A DNA stretch of 64,000 bases from an uncultured Muribaculaceae bacterium (GCA_964449975.1 CAYVED010000005.1:2861-66860); one strand, 5' to 3'; positions 1 through 9,224 are shown, counted from the stretch's first letter. A program made the numbers and translations. The notes: generated by a model not told the origin, from the letters alone.

Positions 1-141
1 AATTTATCGGGAAAAATAAAAAAAGATTTTTACGAAAAGGGGTATAACTATCTCAATTCCGCAATAGACTGTATTGAAAGGAATGTGAACCCTAAATTTA
101 TTTTCTGCGATTTATGCAATCGCATATATTATAATGTATAA
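1..141 (+). CDS. 3' end of an upstream gene (partial), possibly a DNA polymerase III delta' (HolB-like) C-terminus
   Basis: Frame 1 is open from base 1 to TAA at 139-141 (...NSAIDCIERNVNPKFIFCDLCNRIYYNV*) and ends 2 nt before the next ATG. The product guess rests only on remembered holB-PSP1-gldH synteny in Bacteroidota. Confidence 0.3.
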   Translation, partial: NLSGKIKKDFYEKGYNYLNSAIDCIERNVNPKFIFCDLCNRIYYNV

Positions 142-143
142 AT

Positions 144-1448
144 ATGGAAAAAAATAAAGAACATGATTGCCTCAGAGGTTGTGATAAAGAGATTTTAAGC
201 AACGGCGAAACAAGATGCACATATAACAACAGGTGTTGTAAACTAAGCGTATTCAACTGGCTGGAAGGAATAACGCAGGAGGATCTGAAAGATCTTTTTG
301 AAGTACGTTTCAAAAACACCCGCAAAATAATTTTCCGCAACGACTCCGGACAAAACCTTAAAACAGGAGATATTGTTGTGGTAGAGGCGCAGAACGGATG
401 CGACGTGGGAATCATAACCCTTTCCGGCCCGATAATAGCCAACCAGTTAAAAAGGGACAGGATAGATATAAAGACCTGCGAGTTCCGGAAAATATATAGA
501 AAAGCCAGGCCTAACGATATTGAAAAATGGCAGGAAGCCATTGCCCGCGAGCACAGGACAATGATAAGATCGCGCCAGATGGCGGCAGACCTCCAGCTTA
601 ATATGAAAATAGGGGATGTCGAATTCCAGGGCGACGGATCAAAAGCAATATTTTATTATATCGCCGATGAAAGAGTGGATTTCAGGCAGCTTATAAAGAA
701 CTTCGCGGAAGAATTCAGAATAAGGATAGAGATGAAACAGATAGGAGCCAGACAGGAAGCCGGACTTATAGGAGGCTTGGGAGTATGCGGACAGGCTCTA
801 TGCTGTTCAAGATATATGAGCGATTTTCAATCTATTACAACGCAGGCCGCAAGATGCCAGGATTTATCTCTCAACCCTCAAAAACTTGCAGGTCAATGCG
901 GTAAGCTCAAATGCTGCATAAATTACGAAGCCTCTACATATATAGACGCCCAAAGCAATATCCCTAAATTAACCGAACCTCTCCAACTGGAAGACGGTCC
1001 TGCTTACCTGATGAAAACCGATATTCTAAGAGGCATTATGTGGTTTTCTTACGACCAGTACAATATGGCGAATATGAAACTGCTCACGGCCAAAGAGGTA
1101 AAAGAGATTATGGCCCTGAATAAAAAGGGTATAAAAGGCGAATCATTGTTGGAAGAAACCAAATCCAAATCGCTTGATTTTTTAAGTGCGGCAGGGGAAG
1201 AGAGTATCTCCCGGTTCGATGCGGAGAAGACAAGAAGAAAAGGACGGCACAAAAAAGAGGATAAAACTCCGCGTCAGCAAGAGGGAAAAAACGGAGAACA
1301 GAGAGAACAGAGGGAGCATAGAGATAATAATCACAAGAACAGGCGCGAGGGTAACGGAAAAACTCAACGCGGAAGGGAAAAGAGAAATAACAGGACTCCG
1401 CACAAACGCCCGGAAGAGAAACCTAACCGGGAATCCGGAAATGAATAA
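144..1448 (+). CDS. PSP1 domain protein (RicT/YaaT-like) with a roughly 95-aa K/R/E-rich C-terminal tail
   Basis: 434-aa ORF with the Cys-rich PSP1 signature GLGVCGQALCCSRY...AGQCGKLKCCINYE. Confidence 0.85.
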   Translation: MEKNKEHDCLRGCDKEILSNGETRCTYNNRCCKLSVFNWLEGITQEDLKDLFEVRFKNTRKIIFRNDSGQNLKTGDIVVVEAQNGCDVGIITLSGPIIANQLKRDRIDIKTCEFRKIYRKARPNDIEKWQEAIAREHRTMIRSRQMAADLQLNMKIGDVEFQGDGSKAIFYYIADERVDFRQLIKNFAEEFRIRIEMKQIGARQEAGLIGGLGVCGQALCCSRYMSDFQSITTQAARCQDLSLNPQKLAGQCGKLKCCINYEASTYIDAQSNIPKLTEPLQLEDGPAYLMKTDILRGIMWFSYDQYNMANMKLLTAKEVKEIMALNKKGIKGESLLEETKSKSLDFLSAAGEESISRFDAEKTRRKGRHKKEDKTPRQQEGKNGEQREQREHRDNNHKNRREGNGKTQRGREKRNNRTPHKRPEEKPNRESGNE

Positions 1449-1947
1449 ACTCAACATATCCGCAAACAGCCCGGCTGCAATAATCTTTTTATTTTCCGCA
1501 ATACTGCTTTACGGATGCGGCAGACCCGTGAAAGATTACGGCTACATAAGCATGAATCCGGTACGGGGATGGGAAAAAGGGAGAGATCTTACATTCAGTC
1601 TCGAAATGGAAGATACGGTAAATATCTACAGCATATATTTCACGTCCAGGATAAAGAACAACCGGAGCATAAACGATATTAACGGGTTTCCGGTGAATGT
1701 CATATTCAGATCCCCTGACGGGCAATATTACTCCGATACCATCTCTTTGCCGCTAAACATCATACAGAAAAGAAAATTATACCGTATGACGAACGGAATA
1801 ATGGAGATAGAGTGGCCGTATCTGAAAAATATCCGTAACGACAGGAGCGGAACATGGCATATCACCATTAGGCAGACTACAAAAACGGATATTTATAAAA
1901 ATATAATAGGATTCGGAGTTTGCAGCAAAGAAAATAACCGATTATGA
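1441..1947 (+). CDS. gldH: gliding-motility-type lipoprotein GldH
   Basis: Internal ATG at 1441 gives MNKLNIS...IFLFSAILLYGC with a lipobox (LYGC). Size is about 168 aa. The body (NIYSIYFTSRIKNN...VNVIFRSPDGQYYSDTISLPL) resembles GldH. It sits downstream of the PSP1 gene with an 8-nt overlap. Confidence 0.6.
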   Translation: MNKLNISANSPAAIIFLFSAILLYGCGRPVKDYGYISMNPVRGWEKGRDLTFSLEMEDTVNIYSIYFTSRIKNNRSINDINGFPVNVIFRSPDGQYYSDTISLPLNIIQKRKLYRMTNGIMEIEWPYLKNIRNDRSGTWHITIRQTTKTDIYKNIIGFGVCSKENNRL

Positions 1948-2711
1948 GTACAAAAAATAAACTTAGAAGATTCAGGGAAAACGAATCTTTTACATGCCTT
2001 TACCAGCCTGCAACGGAAGAAGTCCTGAAAAAAGACTACTACCTCAAAGGTAGGTGGGGAGAAAAGGTATTCGGCAACAATAACCCGATCATACTGGAAC
2101 TGGGATGCGGCAAAGGAGAATACACAATAGCGCTTGCCGCCAGATTCCCCGATAAGAATTTCATAGGGATAGACATAAAAGGAGCCCGTATGTGGAAAGG
2201 GGCCAAGTCCGTACACGAACGTAATATATCTAACGCAGCATTCGTAAGGACACGTATAGAGTTCATAGAGTCGCTGTTCGCAAAAGAGGAAGTAAGCGAA
2301 ATATGGATAACATTCGCAGACCCTCAACTCAATAAGAGCAGAAAACGTCTCACCGGAACCATGTTCCTTTCCAAATACCGTAATTTCCTGAAACACGACG
2401 GAATAGTAAACCTGAAAACAGACAGCATTTTCCTGCACCGATATACAGTTACCTGCGCTGAATACAATAATCTCACAATACTGGAAACGAACGGCGATAT
2501 TTACGGAAGCGGACGCGCAGACGAAATATTATCTATCAAGACTTTCTATGAATCATACTACATAAAACAAGGATTCCCCATAACTTATACGGCTTTTAAA
2601 ATAGATAATCCGGGACAACTTACAGAGCCTCCGAGATCATTATGGAATGAAGAATACTGGCTTGGAGAAGAAATGAAAGGACGCGAAAACATCCCTGCAA
2701 ATAAGGGATGA
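1944..2711 (+). CDS. trmB: tRNA (guanine-N7)-methyltransferase
   Basis: SAM motif ILELGCGKGEYT, the FADPQ motif, and an ATGA overlap with the gldH stop. Confidence 0.9.
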   Translation: MSTKNKLRRFRENESFTCLYQPATEEVLKKDYYLKGRWGEKVFGNNNPIILELGCGKGEYTIALAARFPDKNFIGIDIKGARMWKGAKSVHERNISNAAFVRTRIEFIESLFAKEEVSEIWITFADPQLNKSRKRLTGTMFLSKYRNFLKHDGIVNLKTDSIFLHRYTVTCAEYNNLTILETNGDIYGSGRADEILSIKTFYESYYIKQGFPITYTAFKIDNPGQLTEPPRSLWNEEYWLGEEMKGRENIPANKG

Positions 2712-2724
2712 AACCTATAATTCT

Positions 2725-3726
2725 CTAGCTGCATCTCGTACCTACGTATTCCGCAAGTTCGCACAAACGGGTCTTGGCAAATGTATCGGGAAGCACCGAT
2801 AAAGCCTCCTGCGCCAAAACGGAATGCCTCTCAAGAGAGCGCTGTGCGTACTCTATCCCGCCGTTGACATGTACAAATTCGTTAACGACCGCTATTATCT
2901 CTTTTTCGGAAGCGGTTATATCTTCTCCCTTTACCACGGAATTAGGTATCCCGGAAATAAGTCCTATTATTTGCGCCCTCTTATCGGGAACATTTGCCAT
3001 TGCTCCCAGCAACGGAAGGGTTATCTTACGCTCTTTAAGATCGGAGCCGGCTATCTTGCCGGTTTTCATATCGGGAGAATAATCGAAAATATCATCCCTT
3101 ATCTGAAAAGCAAGGCCTAAATGAAGGGCATATTCGGAAACCGCCTCGATATATTGCTGCGGAGCCTCTGCACAAATGGCCGCTCCCTTTACCGAAGCCA
3201 CGAACAGACTGGCAGTTTTTCTGGATATTATTTCATAATAATCTTCTTCGGTAGTATCCAAAGCCTCTGCCTTTTCCATCTGGATTATCTCGCCCTCCGA
3301 AAGTTCCTGCAATGCAAGGGCAAAACAACCGAGTACCCTCCCGTCGCATTTTTCTATAAGCAGCCGCAATGCTCTGGCCAGCCAGTAGTCCCCGGTCAGT
3401 ACGGATGCAGCCTGATTAAACACCGCTTTTACGGTAGGCACTCCCCGTCTCACATCTCCGTTATCAGCAACATCGTCATGCAAAAGCGTAGCCGTATGTA
3501 TCATTTCACACACAGCCGCACAATAATAATTTTCTGGGGTTATTTTTCCGCAGGAATTCGCCGCAAGAAGTGAAAGCACCGGCCTTAACTGCTTTCCGGC
3601 ATTTTCTATCAGATATGTATTTATCCTGGAAAGCAGAACATTATTATTATCCAGAGCTTTAACCAGAATACCCTGGTATCCGCTCCAGTCTTTTCCCAGA
3701 TCGTTCTTTATCTGTTTAATATCCAC
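2725..3726 (-). CDS. polyprenyl diphosphate synthase (octaprenyl/IspB-like)
   Basis: Two Asp-rich motifs, LLHDDVADN and IRDDIFDY. Length is 333 aa. Confidence 0.9.
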   Translation of the reverse strand: MDIKQIKNDLGKDWSGYQGILVKALDNNNVLLSRINTYLIENAGKQLRPVLSLLAANSCGKITPENYYCAAVCEMIHTATLLHDDVADNGDVRRGVPTVKAVFNQAASVLTGDYWLARALRLLIEKCDGRVLGCFALALQELSEGEIIQMEKAEALDTTEEDYYEIISRKTASLFVASVKGAAICAEAPQQYIEAVSEYALHLGLAFQIRDDIFDYSPDMKTGKIAGSDLKERKITLPLLGAMANVPDKRAQIIGLISGIPNSVVKGEDITASEKEIIAVVNEFVHVNGGIEYAQRSLERHSVLAQEALSVLPDTFAKTRLCELAEYVGTRCS

Positions 3727-3728
3727 AA

Positions 3729-4316
3729 TCAGAATATTATGGCCAATGAGAGTTCGAACCCTCTGTTTTTAGCGGAGATTTTATCCCTGTCAAGTGTAAA
3801 CTCCCCGAGTTTCCCCAAATCCCAGCAATATCTTCCGCTCACCTGTATCTTCCATATTTCAAGTCCTGCCCCTAACCCCATACCGTACTGAAAATTATTA
3901 AAATCGTGATTCGAGATATCGCTGCTCTTTGAGATAGCATACCCTATATATGGAGACACCTGTATAAACGGCCTGAACAACAACAGGTCAAGACCCCACT
4001 GTAAATTAACCGGCAACTGAAGATACCCTATTTTACTATCGTACTTAATGGATTTGTAATCAACCGTACTGTTTTTCTGAGTATACAACAGTTCCGGCTG
4101 CAATGCCAGTCCCAAAGGTAATCTCAACTTATACAACACTCCTACATGAAATCCCGTCCTGCCTTTAATAGAGGTTTCTATATCACCTATCTTTATATCC
4201 GACATAGAATTGAAATTCAATCCCGCCTTAATACCGAATCCCGACTGGGCACGAGCCGATACCATCGCCAGCGAGATAAACATAAATGCAACAATAATCT
4301 TTCTCATATCTGTCAT
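3729..4316 (-). CDS. small outer-membrane beta-barrel protein (OmpA-like porin family)
   Basis: Signal peptide MRKIIVAFMFISLAMVSARAQ, alternating beta-strand pattern, and an aromatic C-terminal residue (F). The stop is 2 nt from the polyprenyl synthase start. Confidence 0.7.
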   Translation of the reverse strand: MTDMRKIIVAFMFISLAMVSARAQSGFGIKAGLNFNSMSDIKIGDIETSIKGRTGFHVGVLYKLRLPLGLALQPELLYTQKNSTVDYKSIKYDSKIGYLQLPVNLQWGLDLLLFRPFIQVSPYIGYAISKSSDISNHDFNNFQYGMGLGAGLEIWKIQVSGRYCWDLGKLGEFTLDRDKISAKNRGFELSLAIIF

Positions 4317-4347
4317 TTTAGTTAAATAATTAAAAATCCCGGCAATT

Positions 4348-4394
4348 CAAAAGAATATCCGGAAAACGGCGGAATATGCCCTGCCGGATATTCT
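4348..4394 (-). terminator. intrinsic terminator downstream of trxA
   Basis: 11-bp stem agaatatccgg (4352-4362) / ccggatattct (4384-4394), followed on the minus strand by a TTTT run. Confidence 0.6.
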
Positions 4395-4413
4395 CTTAAT
4401 CCCCGGTAAAGAA

Positions 4414-4728
4414 TTACAGCAGAGAGTTAAGTTTGTCCGCAATAGCCGCTTTGGTTGCAGAACCGACAATCTTATCTTTAAGCTCCCCGCCTTTAAAGAA
4501 AAGTAACGTAGGGATATTCCTGATACCGTACTTCATAGGTACATCGCCGGCCTCGTCTACGTTGCATTTCGCAACAACAGCCTTTCCTTCGTACTCCGTT
4601 GCAAGTTCGTCAATTATCGGAGAAATAGCCCGGCAAGGGCCGCACCATGTAGCCCAAAAATCTACCAGAACAGGTTTATCGCCTTTAATTACTTCATCAA
4701 AATTCGCTTCGTTTACTGCTAATGCCAT
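4414..4728 (-). CDS. trxA: thioredoxin
   Basis: 104 aa with the WCGPC active site. Confidence 0.95.
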   Translation of the reverse strand: MALAVNEANFDEVIKGDKPVLVDFWATWCGPCRAISPIIDELATEYEGKAVVAKCNVDEAGDVPMKYGIRNIPTLLFFKGGELKDKIVGSATKAAIADKLNSLL

Positions 4729-4803
4729 AATTATAAATTTTACTTTAATTAAAATGAAAATGCTAATTTACATTATTTTTTTATTTTTCACTATTTAAAT
4801 TTC

Positions 4804-4811
4804 CAAATATA
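4804..4811 (-). promoter_or_regulatory. candidate -7 promoter box (TATATTTG) for trxA
   Basis: Minus-strand match to the Bacteroidetes TAnnTTTG consensus, 75 nt upstream of the trxA ATG. Motif match only. Confidence 0.35.
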
Positions 4812-4813
4812 CG

Positions 4814-6013
4814 CTATTTATTGGAGAGTATATAAGCCAATCCTCCCCCTGCAGTTTCTTTATAAAGACTCGGCAGATCGTGCCCCGTTCTCTTCATAAC
4901 TTCTATAACATTATCGAAACTGACCCTGTGATTACCGTCTGACATCAGGGAATATACGTTGGCATCTACCGCTCTCGTGGCTGCAAAAGCATTTCTTTCG
5001 ATACACGGAATCTGTACCAGGCCGCAAATAGGATCGCATGTCAGTCCCAGGAAGTGCTCCATACCCATTGAGGCGGCGTATTCTACCTGCGAAGGAGTAC
5101 CGCCGAATAATTGTACGGATGCCCCGGCTGTCATGCTGCATGCAGAACCTATCTCGCCCTGACATCCTACTTCCGCACCTGAAATAGAGGCGTTTGTCTT
5201 TATTATATTTCCTATAAGCCCCGCCGTTGCAAGACCTTTTATTATTTTTTTATCGGAGAAATCATAAAATTTCTTGTTCAGATACGTTACGGCCGGCAAA
5301 ACCCCGCAGGATCCGCACGTAGGAGCAGTAACGATCAACCCTCCGCCGGCGTTCTCCTCTGCTACCGCCAAAGCAAAAGAGAATGTCATGGCCCTTCTCT
5401 GCATAGATCCCTGAAAGCCTTTGGCTTTCATATAAAATGAAGCGGCTTTCCTCGCCAGTTTCAGACCGCCGGGCAGCACACCCTCATTCTCAATACCCCT
5501 CTCCACTGCCGCCTTCATGACGGTCCATACTTCATACAGATAATCGTCCAGATCTTTATCTTCATACAAAGCAACATATTCCCAGAATGTGGTTCCGTTC
5601 TCTTTACACCAGTTGAGAATATCTTCCATAGTGGAATGCGGGTAAATAGATTCACTGGGATTTCTCTGCCCCGTATCGCTTATATCCCCTCCTCCTATAC
5701 TGAAAGTAGTCCAACTGTCGACAACGTTTCCTCCGGAATCATAAGCCTCAAAAAACATCCCGTTAGGATGTTGCGGAAGCACTACGTCCCCTCTCCAGTT
5801 CAGTTTACACCTGTCTTCTCCCAAAACCTCAAGAATGGCCGTATCCGTAAGGTGACCCTTTCCGGTTGAAGCAAGACTGCCGTATAAAGTAACTCCGAAC
5901 GATGTAGCATCTTTGTTTCTTTCCTTAAATTGTAATGCCGCTTTTCCCGGCCCCATAGTATGACTGCTGGAAGGACCTCTTCCTATCTTGAATATCTCTT
6001 TTATGCTTTCCAT
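4814..6013 (-). CDS. sdaA: L-serine ammonia-lyase (iron-sulfur dependent, single-chain)
   Basis: N-terminus FKIGRGPSSSHTMGP and conserved Cys-containing core. Length is 399 aa. Confidence 0.9.
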   Translation of the reverse strand: MESIKEIFKIGRGPSSSHTMGPGKAALQFKERNKDATSFGVTLYGSLASTGKGHLTDTAILEVLGEDRCKLNWRGDVVLPQHPNGMFFEAYDSGGNVVDSWTTFSIGGGDISDTGQRNPSESIYPHSTMEDILNWCKENGTTFWEYVALYEDKDLDDYLYEVWTVMKAAVERGIENEGVLPGGLKLARKAASFYMKAKGFQGSMQRRAMTFSFALAVAEENAGGGLIVTAPTCGSCGVLPAVTYLNKKFYDFSDKKIIKGLATAGLIGNIIKTNASISGAEVGCQGEIGSACSMTAGASVQLFGGTPSQVEYAASMGMEHFLGLTCDPICGLVQIPCIERNAFAATRAVDANVYSLMSDGNHRVSFDNVIEVMKRTGHDLPSLYKETAGGGLAYILSNK

Positions 6014-6035
6014 TCCTTATACATTTAGTGTGATG

Positions 6036-6043
6036 CAAATATA
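6036..6043 (-). promoter_or_regulatory. candidate -7 promoter box (TATATTTG) for sdaA
   Basis: Minus-strand TAnnTTTG match with 22 nt between the box and the sdaA ATG. Confidence 0.45.
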
Positions 6044-6111
6044 TGAATATTTTAATTCGTTCCGCCCAAGAAATTTTTATCCGGCGCCGTAAGGTATTCC
6101 CATTTAATAAT

Positions 6112-6119
6112 TATCTTTG
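6112..6119 (+). promoter_or_regulatory. candidate -7 promoter box (TATCTTTG) for kbl
   Basis: TAnnTTTG match 45 nt upstream of the kbl ATG, in the divergent sdaA/kbl intergenic region. Confidence 0.45.
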
Positions 6120-6164
6120 CGGCAGTTTATAATTAAACGGAAAATCCATTAAAACAGCAATATT

Positions 6165-7355
6165 ATGTATAAAGATTTTCAATCTTATTTACAGACCGAG
6201 CTTAAATCGATTCAGGATGCCGGCCTTTACAAAAACGAAAGAATTATAGTTTCTCCGCAAAAAGCAGCTATAAAAGTAAGCACGGGTAAAGAAGTGCTGA
6301 ATTTCTGCGCAAACAATTATCTTGGTCTTTCGGATAATGCCGAGTTGATAAATGCCGCCAAGAAAGCCCTGGACGACAGAGGGTTCGGCATGTCAAGCGT
6401 GCGTTTTATCTGCGGTACGCAGGACCTGCACAAAGAACTTGAGAAAAAAATCTCGGATTTCTTCGGTACGGAAGATACCATTCTTTATGCGGCATGCTTC
6501 GATGCCAACGGAGGCGTTTTCGAGCCGCTTCTCAACGAGCAGGACGCCATTATCTCCGACGCTCTTAACCATGCTTCTATTATTGACGGCGTAAGATTGT
6601 GCAAAGCACAGCGTTACAGATATGCCAACGCAAATATGGAAGAGCTTGAGAATTGCCTGAAACTTGCACAGGCGCAAAGGCACAGGCTTATCGTTACCGA
6701 CGGAGTATTCTCTATGGACGGCAACGTTTGTCCGCTTGACAAGATATACGAACTGGCTGAAAAATATAATGCCATGGTAATGGTAGACGAATCACATTCG
6801 GCGGGCGTCGTAGGAAAAACCGGAAGAGGAACTACAGAACAGTTCAACCTGAGAGGCAAGATAGAAATTATCACAGGAACGCTGGGAAAAGCATTCGGAG
6901 GTGCGATAGGCGGATTTACAACAGGTAAAAAAGAGATAATAGACATGCTAAGGCAACGCTCGCGCCCTTATCTTTTTTCCAACTCCATACCTCCTATGGT
7001 TGCGGCAGCCGGAAGCGCAATGTTCGATATGATGGCAAGAACAAACGAACTGCAGGATAAACTCCATTCGAATACGGATTATTTCGTAACTAAGATGAAA
7101 GAGGCAGGATTCGATATTAAACCTACCCAGTCCGCTATCTGCGCGGTAATGCTTTATGATGCAAAACTTTCGCAGCAAATGGCCGAGAAACTTCTGGAAG
7201 AGGGTATCTATGTAGTAGGATTCTACTATCCGGTAGTGCCTAAAGAACAGGCCAGGATACGGGTACAGATTTCAGCCGGACACGCAAAAGCACATCTGGA
7301 CAAAGCTGTCGCAGCATTCGTAAAAACAGGAAAAGAACTGGGTGTTATAAAATAA
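6165..7355 (+). CDS. kbl: glycine C-acetyltransferase (2-amino-3-ketobutyrate CoA ligase)
   Basis: 396-aa class-II aminotransferase fold with FSMDG and DESHS motifs and a PLP Lys context (GTLGKAFG). Confidence 0.9.
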   Translation: MYKDFQSYLQTELKSIQDAGLYKNERIIVSPQKAAIKVSTGKEVLNFCANNYLGLSDNAELINAAKKALDDRGFGMSSVRFICGTQDLHKELEKKISDFFGTEDTILYAACFDANGGVFEPLLNEQDAIISDALNHASIIDGVRLCKAQRYRYANANMEELENCLKLAQAQRHRLIVTDGVFSMDGNVCPLDKIYELAEKYNAMVMVDESHSAGVVGKTGRGTTEQFNLRGKIEIITGTLGKAFGGAIGGFTTGKKEIIDMLRQRSRPYLFSNSIPPMVAAAGSAMFDMMARTNELQDKLHSNTDYFVTKMKEAGFDIKPTQSAICAVMLYDAKLSQQMAEKLLEEGIYVVGFYYPVVPKEQARIRVQISAGHAKAHLDKAVAAFVKTGKELGVIK

Positions 7356-7376
7356 CCGGTAATAATATCATAAATT

Positions 7377-7428
7377 AATAAACTGTGTCCGGGTTAGAAA
7401 AATGTATAACTTCAAGACACAGTTTATT
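7377..7428 (+). terminator. hairpin downstream of kbl (possible terminator)
   Basis: aataaactgtgtc (7377-7389) pairs with gacacagtttatt (7416-7428). The loop is large (26 nt) and there is a T-rich tail. Confidence 0.35.
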
Positions 7429-7435
7429 TGTAAAG

Positions 7436-7851
7436 TATCAATAGATGCGCTACAAAATTGATTTTTAGGTCTCCTGTAAAATACTTATTTTTAGGGGAAA
7501 TCCTTGATAATTTTGAATTTCCTATCCAGTGCATACAAACAGATTGGGGTACAGAGTTTTTTAATTATGATTCCCAATATGAACTTCATGAGCATTTTAT
7601 TAAGTTTAGGCCAATAAAGCCTAAAACTCCCTGGCAAAAGCTTAAATCTGTGGAGCATCTTATTCCTATTCAGCCGGAGGTAACCAATGAGTTCCGGGAT
7701 TCCGAAGAACAAATTTGGCCCCGAAACTATGAATATTTAAAGCGATTTAAGAACAGGGAAGCGACCATTACAACTAAAAATACTGGTAAATAGATTATTC
7801 CAAGATAATATGTCTAAGAAAACCCTTTACTTTGCAGCGTATCTATTGATA
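7436..7851 (+). mobile_element. internally deleted IS remnant (IS481-like integrase-core fragment) bounded by 21-bp imperfect inverted repeats
   Basis: Left IR tatcaatagatgcgctacaaa (7436-7456) versus right IR tttgcagcgtatctattgata (7831-7851), 19/21 complementary. The interior encodes only a fragment of an rve transposase core. Confidence 0.6.
7458..7793 (+). pseudogene. transposase fragment (DDE/rve core remnant)
   Basis: IQCIQTDWGTEFF...FIKFRPIKPKTPWQ resembles the IQTDxGxEF...IRPxxPxxNGKVER core of IS481-type transposases. The N-terminal two-thirds is missing and the sequence decays after KTPWQ. Confidence 0.6.
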
Positions 7852-7853
7852 TA

Positions 7854-8663
7854 TCACAGTTTGTAAACTCCCAGCATAAACTGTATCCCTATCGAGAAAC
7901 GGGGCACTTCTTTAACACTAATATTGCTATTAAAAGCATTGGTAAGTCTGTATTTTCCGTACACATATACCCGTTTATAGCCTATTCCGCACTGCACTCC
8001 GGCCTGGAACGGATTAAACTTACTTCCGTCTCGATATTTATATTTCTTCTTTTTCCCGGAACTGAAATCTTTTATCTTCAAGCGCTTGCTATACGAATAA
8101 TCCCCCCACGCAATCAGTTCTATAAAAACCTGGTCGCTGGAATAATACTTTCTCCCCGGAAAAAGATAAAACCTGTTCACTATTCCCGTCCCAAGATTAT
8201 CAGTCCTGTAATAATGAGTTCCGTCAGTCGTAGCTATCCCCAGATCAAACACATCTTTTCCACCATGTTTGAGTTTATAAGAATAAGCCGAATATTGAAA
8301 TATTGTTCCTATCCCGTACCATTTCACCGGACGATATATTAATTTGCTCCCTACTTCAAGATTAAAAGAGTTTCCATAATAAACCGGCATATTATCATTG
8401 CCCCCGACAGGGCACATAAAACCTATTCCAAAATACAACTCTTTTATAAATCGTTCATATCCTTTCTTATTTCCGTACTTACTATCCCCGTAACGGTAAA
8501 AGGTAATATCCTTCCCTCTCAAACTATCGTTCCTCGACGATCCTATTTTTATAGGCGACTGGAGAATGTACTCGGTCTCGCCTATTACTATTTTCTTTTG
8601 GGCATACATTGTTCCTGATGCCATGAGTCCGATTAAAAATGTAATAAAAAATAATCTGTTCAT
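7854..8663 (-). CDS. hypothetical outer-membrane beta-barrel protein
   Basis: Signal peptide MNRLFFITFLIGLMASGTMYAQ and a Y/G-rich alternating pattern. It is the last gene of the ECF sigma cluster. Confidence 0.6.
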   Translation of the reverse strand: MNRLFFITFLIGLMASGTMYAQKKIVIGETEYILQSPIKIGSSRNDSLRGKDITFYRYGDSKYGNKKGYERFIKELYFGIGFMCPVGGNDNMPVYYGNSFNLEVGSKLIYRPVKWYGIGTIFQYSAYSYKLKHGGKDVFDLGIATTDGTHYYRTDNLGTGIVNRFYLFPGRKYYSSDQVFIELIAWGDYSYSKRLKIKDFSSGKKKKYKYRDGSKFNPFQAGVQCGIGYKRVYVYGKYRLTNAFNSNISVKEVPRFSIGIQFMLGVYKL

Positions 8664-8711
8664 ACGTTTAAATTCTTTTTAGATCCATTTTATTTATAAA
8701 AAAATTATGTG

Positions 8712-9218
8712 TTATTTTAATCTTATCTCCCCACTCATTACGGATTTTATAACTCCCTCAGTAATACAGCCATCTATTGTCATTAACGTAAATTCATTAG
8801 AATTATCTATAAGCATTATTACCTGAGAACTCTTATCCTCCAGATATATATTCACACTCTCTCCGTCTGATTTCGCACTCATCAGTTTTGAATATCCTTG
8901 TTTAAGAGCCTGCTTCAGTTCCTCGGAAAACGCTGAGCACACCTCGCCTCTTTTCCGGTCATATTTCTTAAAGACCATAATCCTTATTCCCGTCATATCT
9001 TTCAACAGGTTACGGGTACTTTCGGCTTCCGACAATTTTCTTAACAACAGCGGTGAAATTTCCACACTCTCTACATATATGGATTCCTGGAATTTGCTGA
9101 TAATAAGCTCAATCCTATCATGCTGCAACTCCGGATTGTAACTCCCTCCCGCCTTTGCAGATCCGGAATATCCTAATATACATATTAATAAAAGCAATTT
9201 AATCCTAACTCTGTTCAT
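8712..9218 (-). CDS. DUF4252-like exported protein
   Basis: Signal peptide, about 168 aa, and a C-terminal ...VNIYLEDKSSQVIMLIDNSNEFTLMTIDGCI pattern typical of DUF4252 proteins that follow ECF sigma/anti-sigma pairs in Bacteroidota. Confidence 0.5.
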   Translation of the reverse strand: MNRVRIKLLLLICILGYSGSAKAGGSYNPELQHDRIELIISKFQESIYVESVEISPLLLRKLSEAESTRNLLKDMTGIRIMVFKKYDRKRGEVCSAFSEELKQALKQGYSKLMSAKSDGESVNIYLEDKSSQVIMLIDNSNEFTLMTIDGCITEGVIKSVMSGEIRLK

Positions 9219-9224
9219 ACGTTT

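Noticed and set aside
106-124. Palindrome tgcgatt-tatgc-aatcgca just upstream of the PSP1 gene, considered as an operator
   Set aside because: It falls within the open reading frame of the upstream partial gene (codons ...FCDLCNRI...). It is short, so it is probably coincidental.
98-541. 147-aa minus-strand ORF overlapping the PSP1 gene start
   Set aside because: It is antisense to a motif-supported CDS and to the partial upstream gene. The translation has no features.
1186-1440. N-terminal 85-aa extension of the gldH ORF in the ORF track (253-aa model)
   Set aside because: The extension overlaps the PSP1 tail in another frame and is a purine-rich, low-complexity K/R/E translation. The internal ATG at 1441 gives a proper lipoprotein signal peptide, so I use the short model.
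3748-3763. tRNA T-arm-like string GAGAGTTCGAACCCTC
   Set aside because: It lies inside the outer-membrane barrel CDS. No acceptor, anticodon or D-arm can be built around it, so it is not a tRNA. I found no tRNA, rRNA, tmRNA, RNase P or SRP RNA signatures elsewhere in the window by eye.
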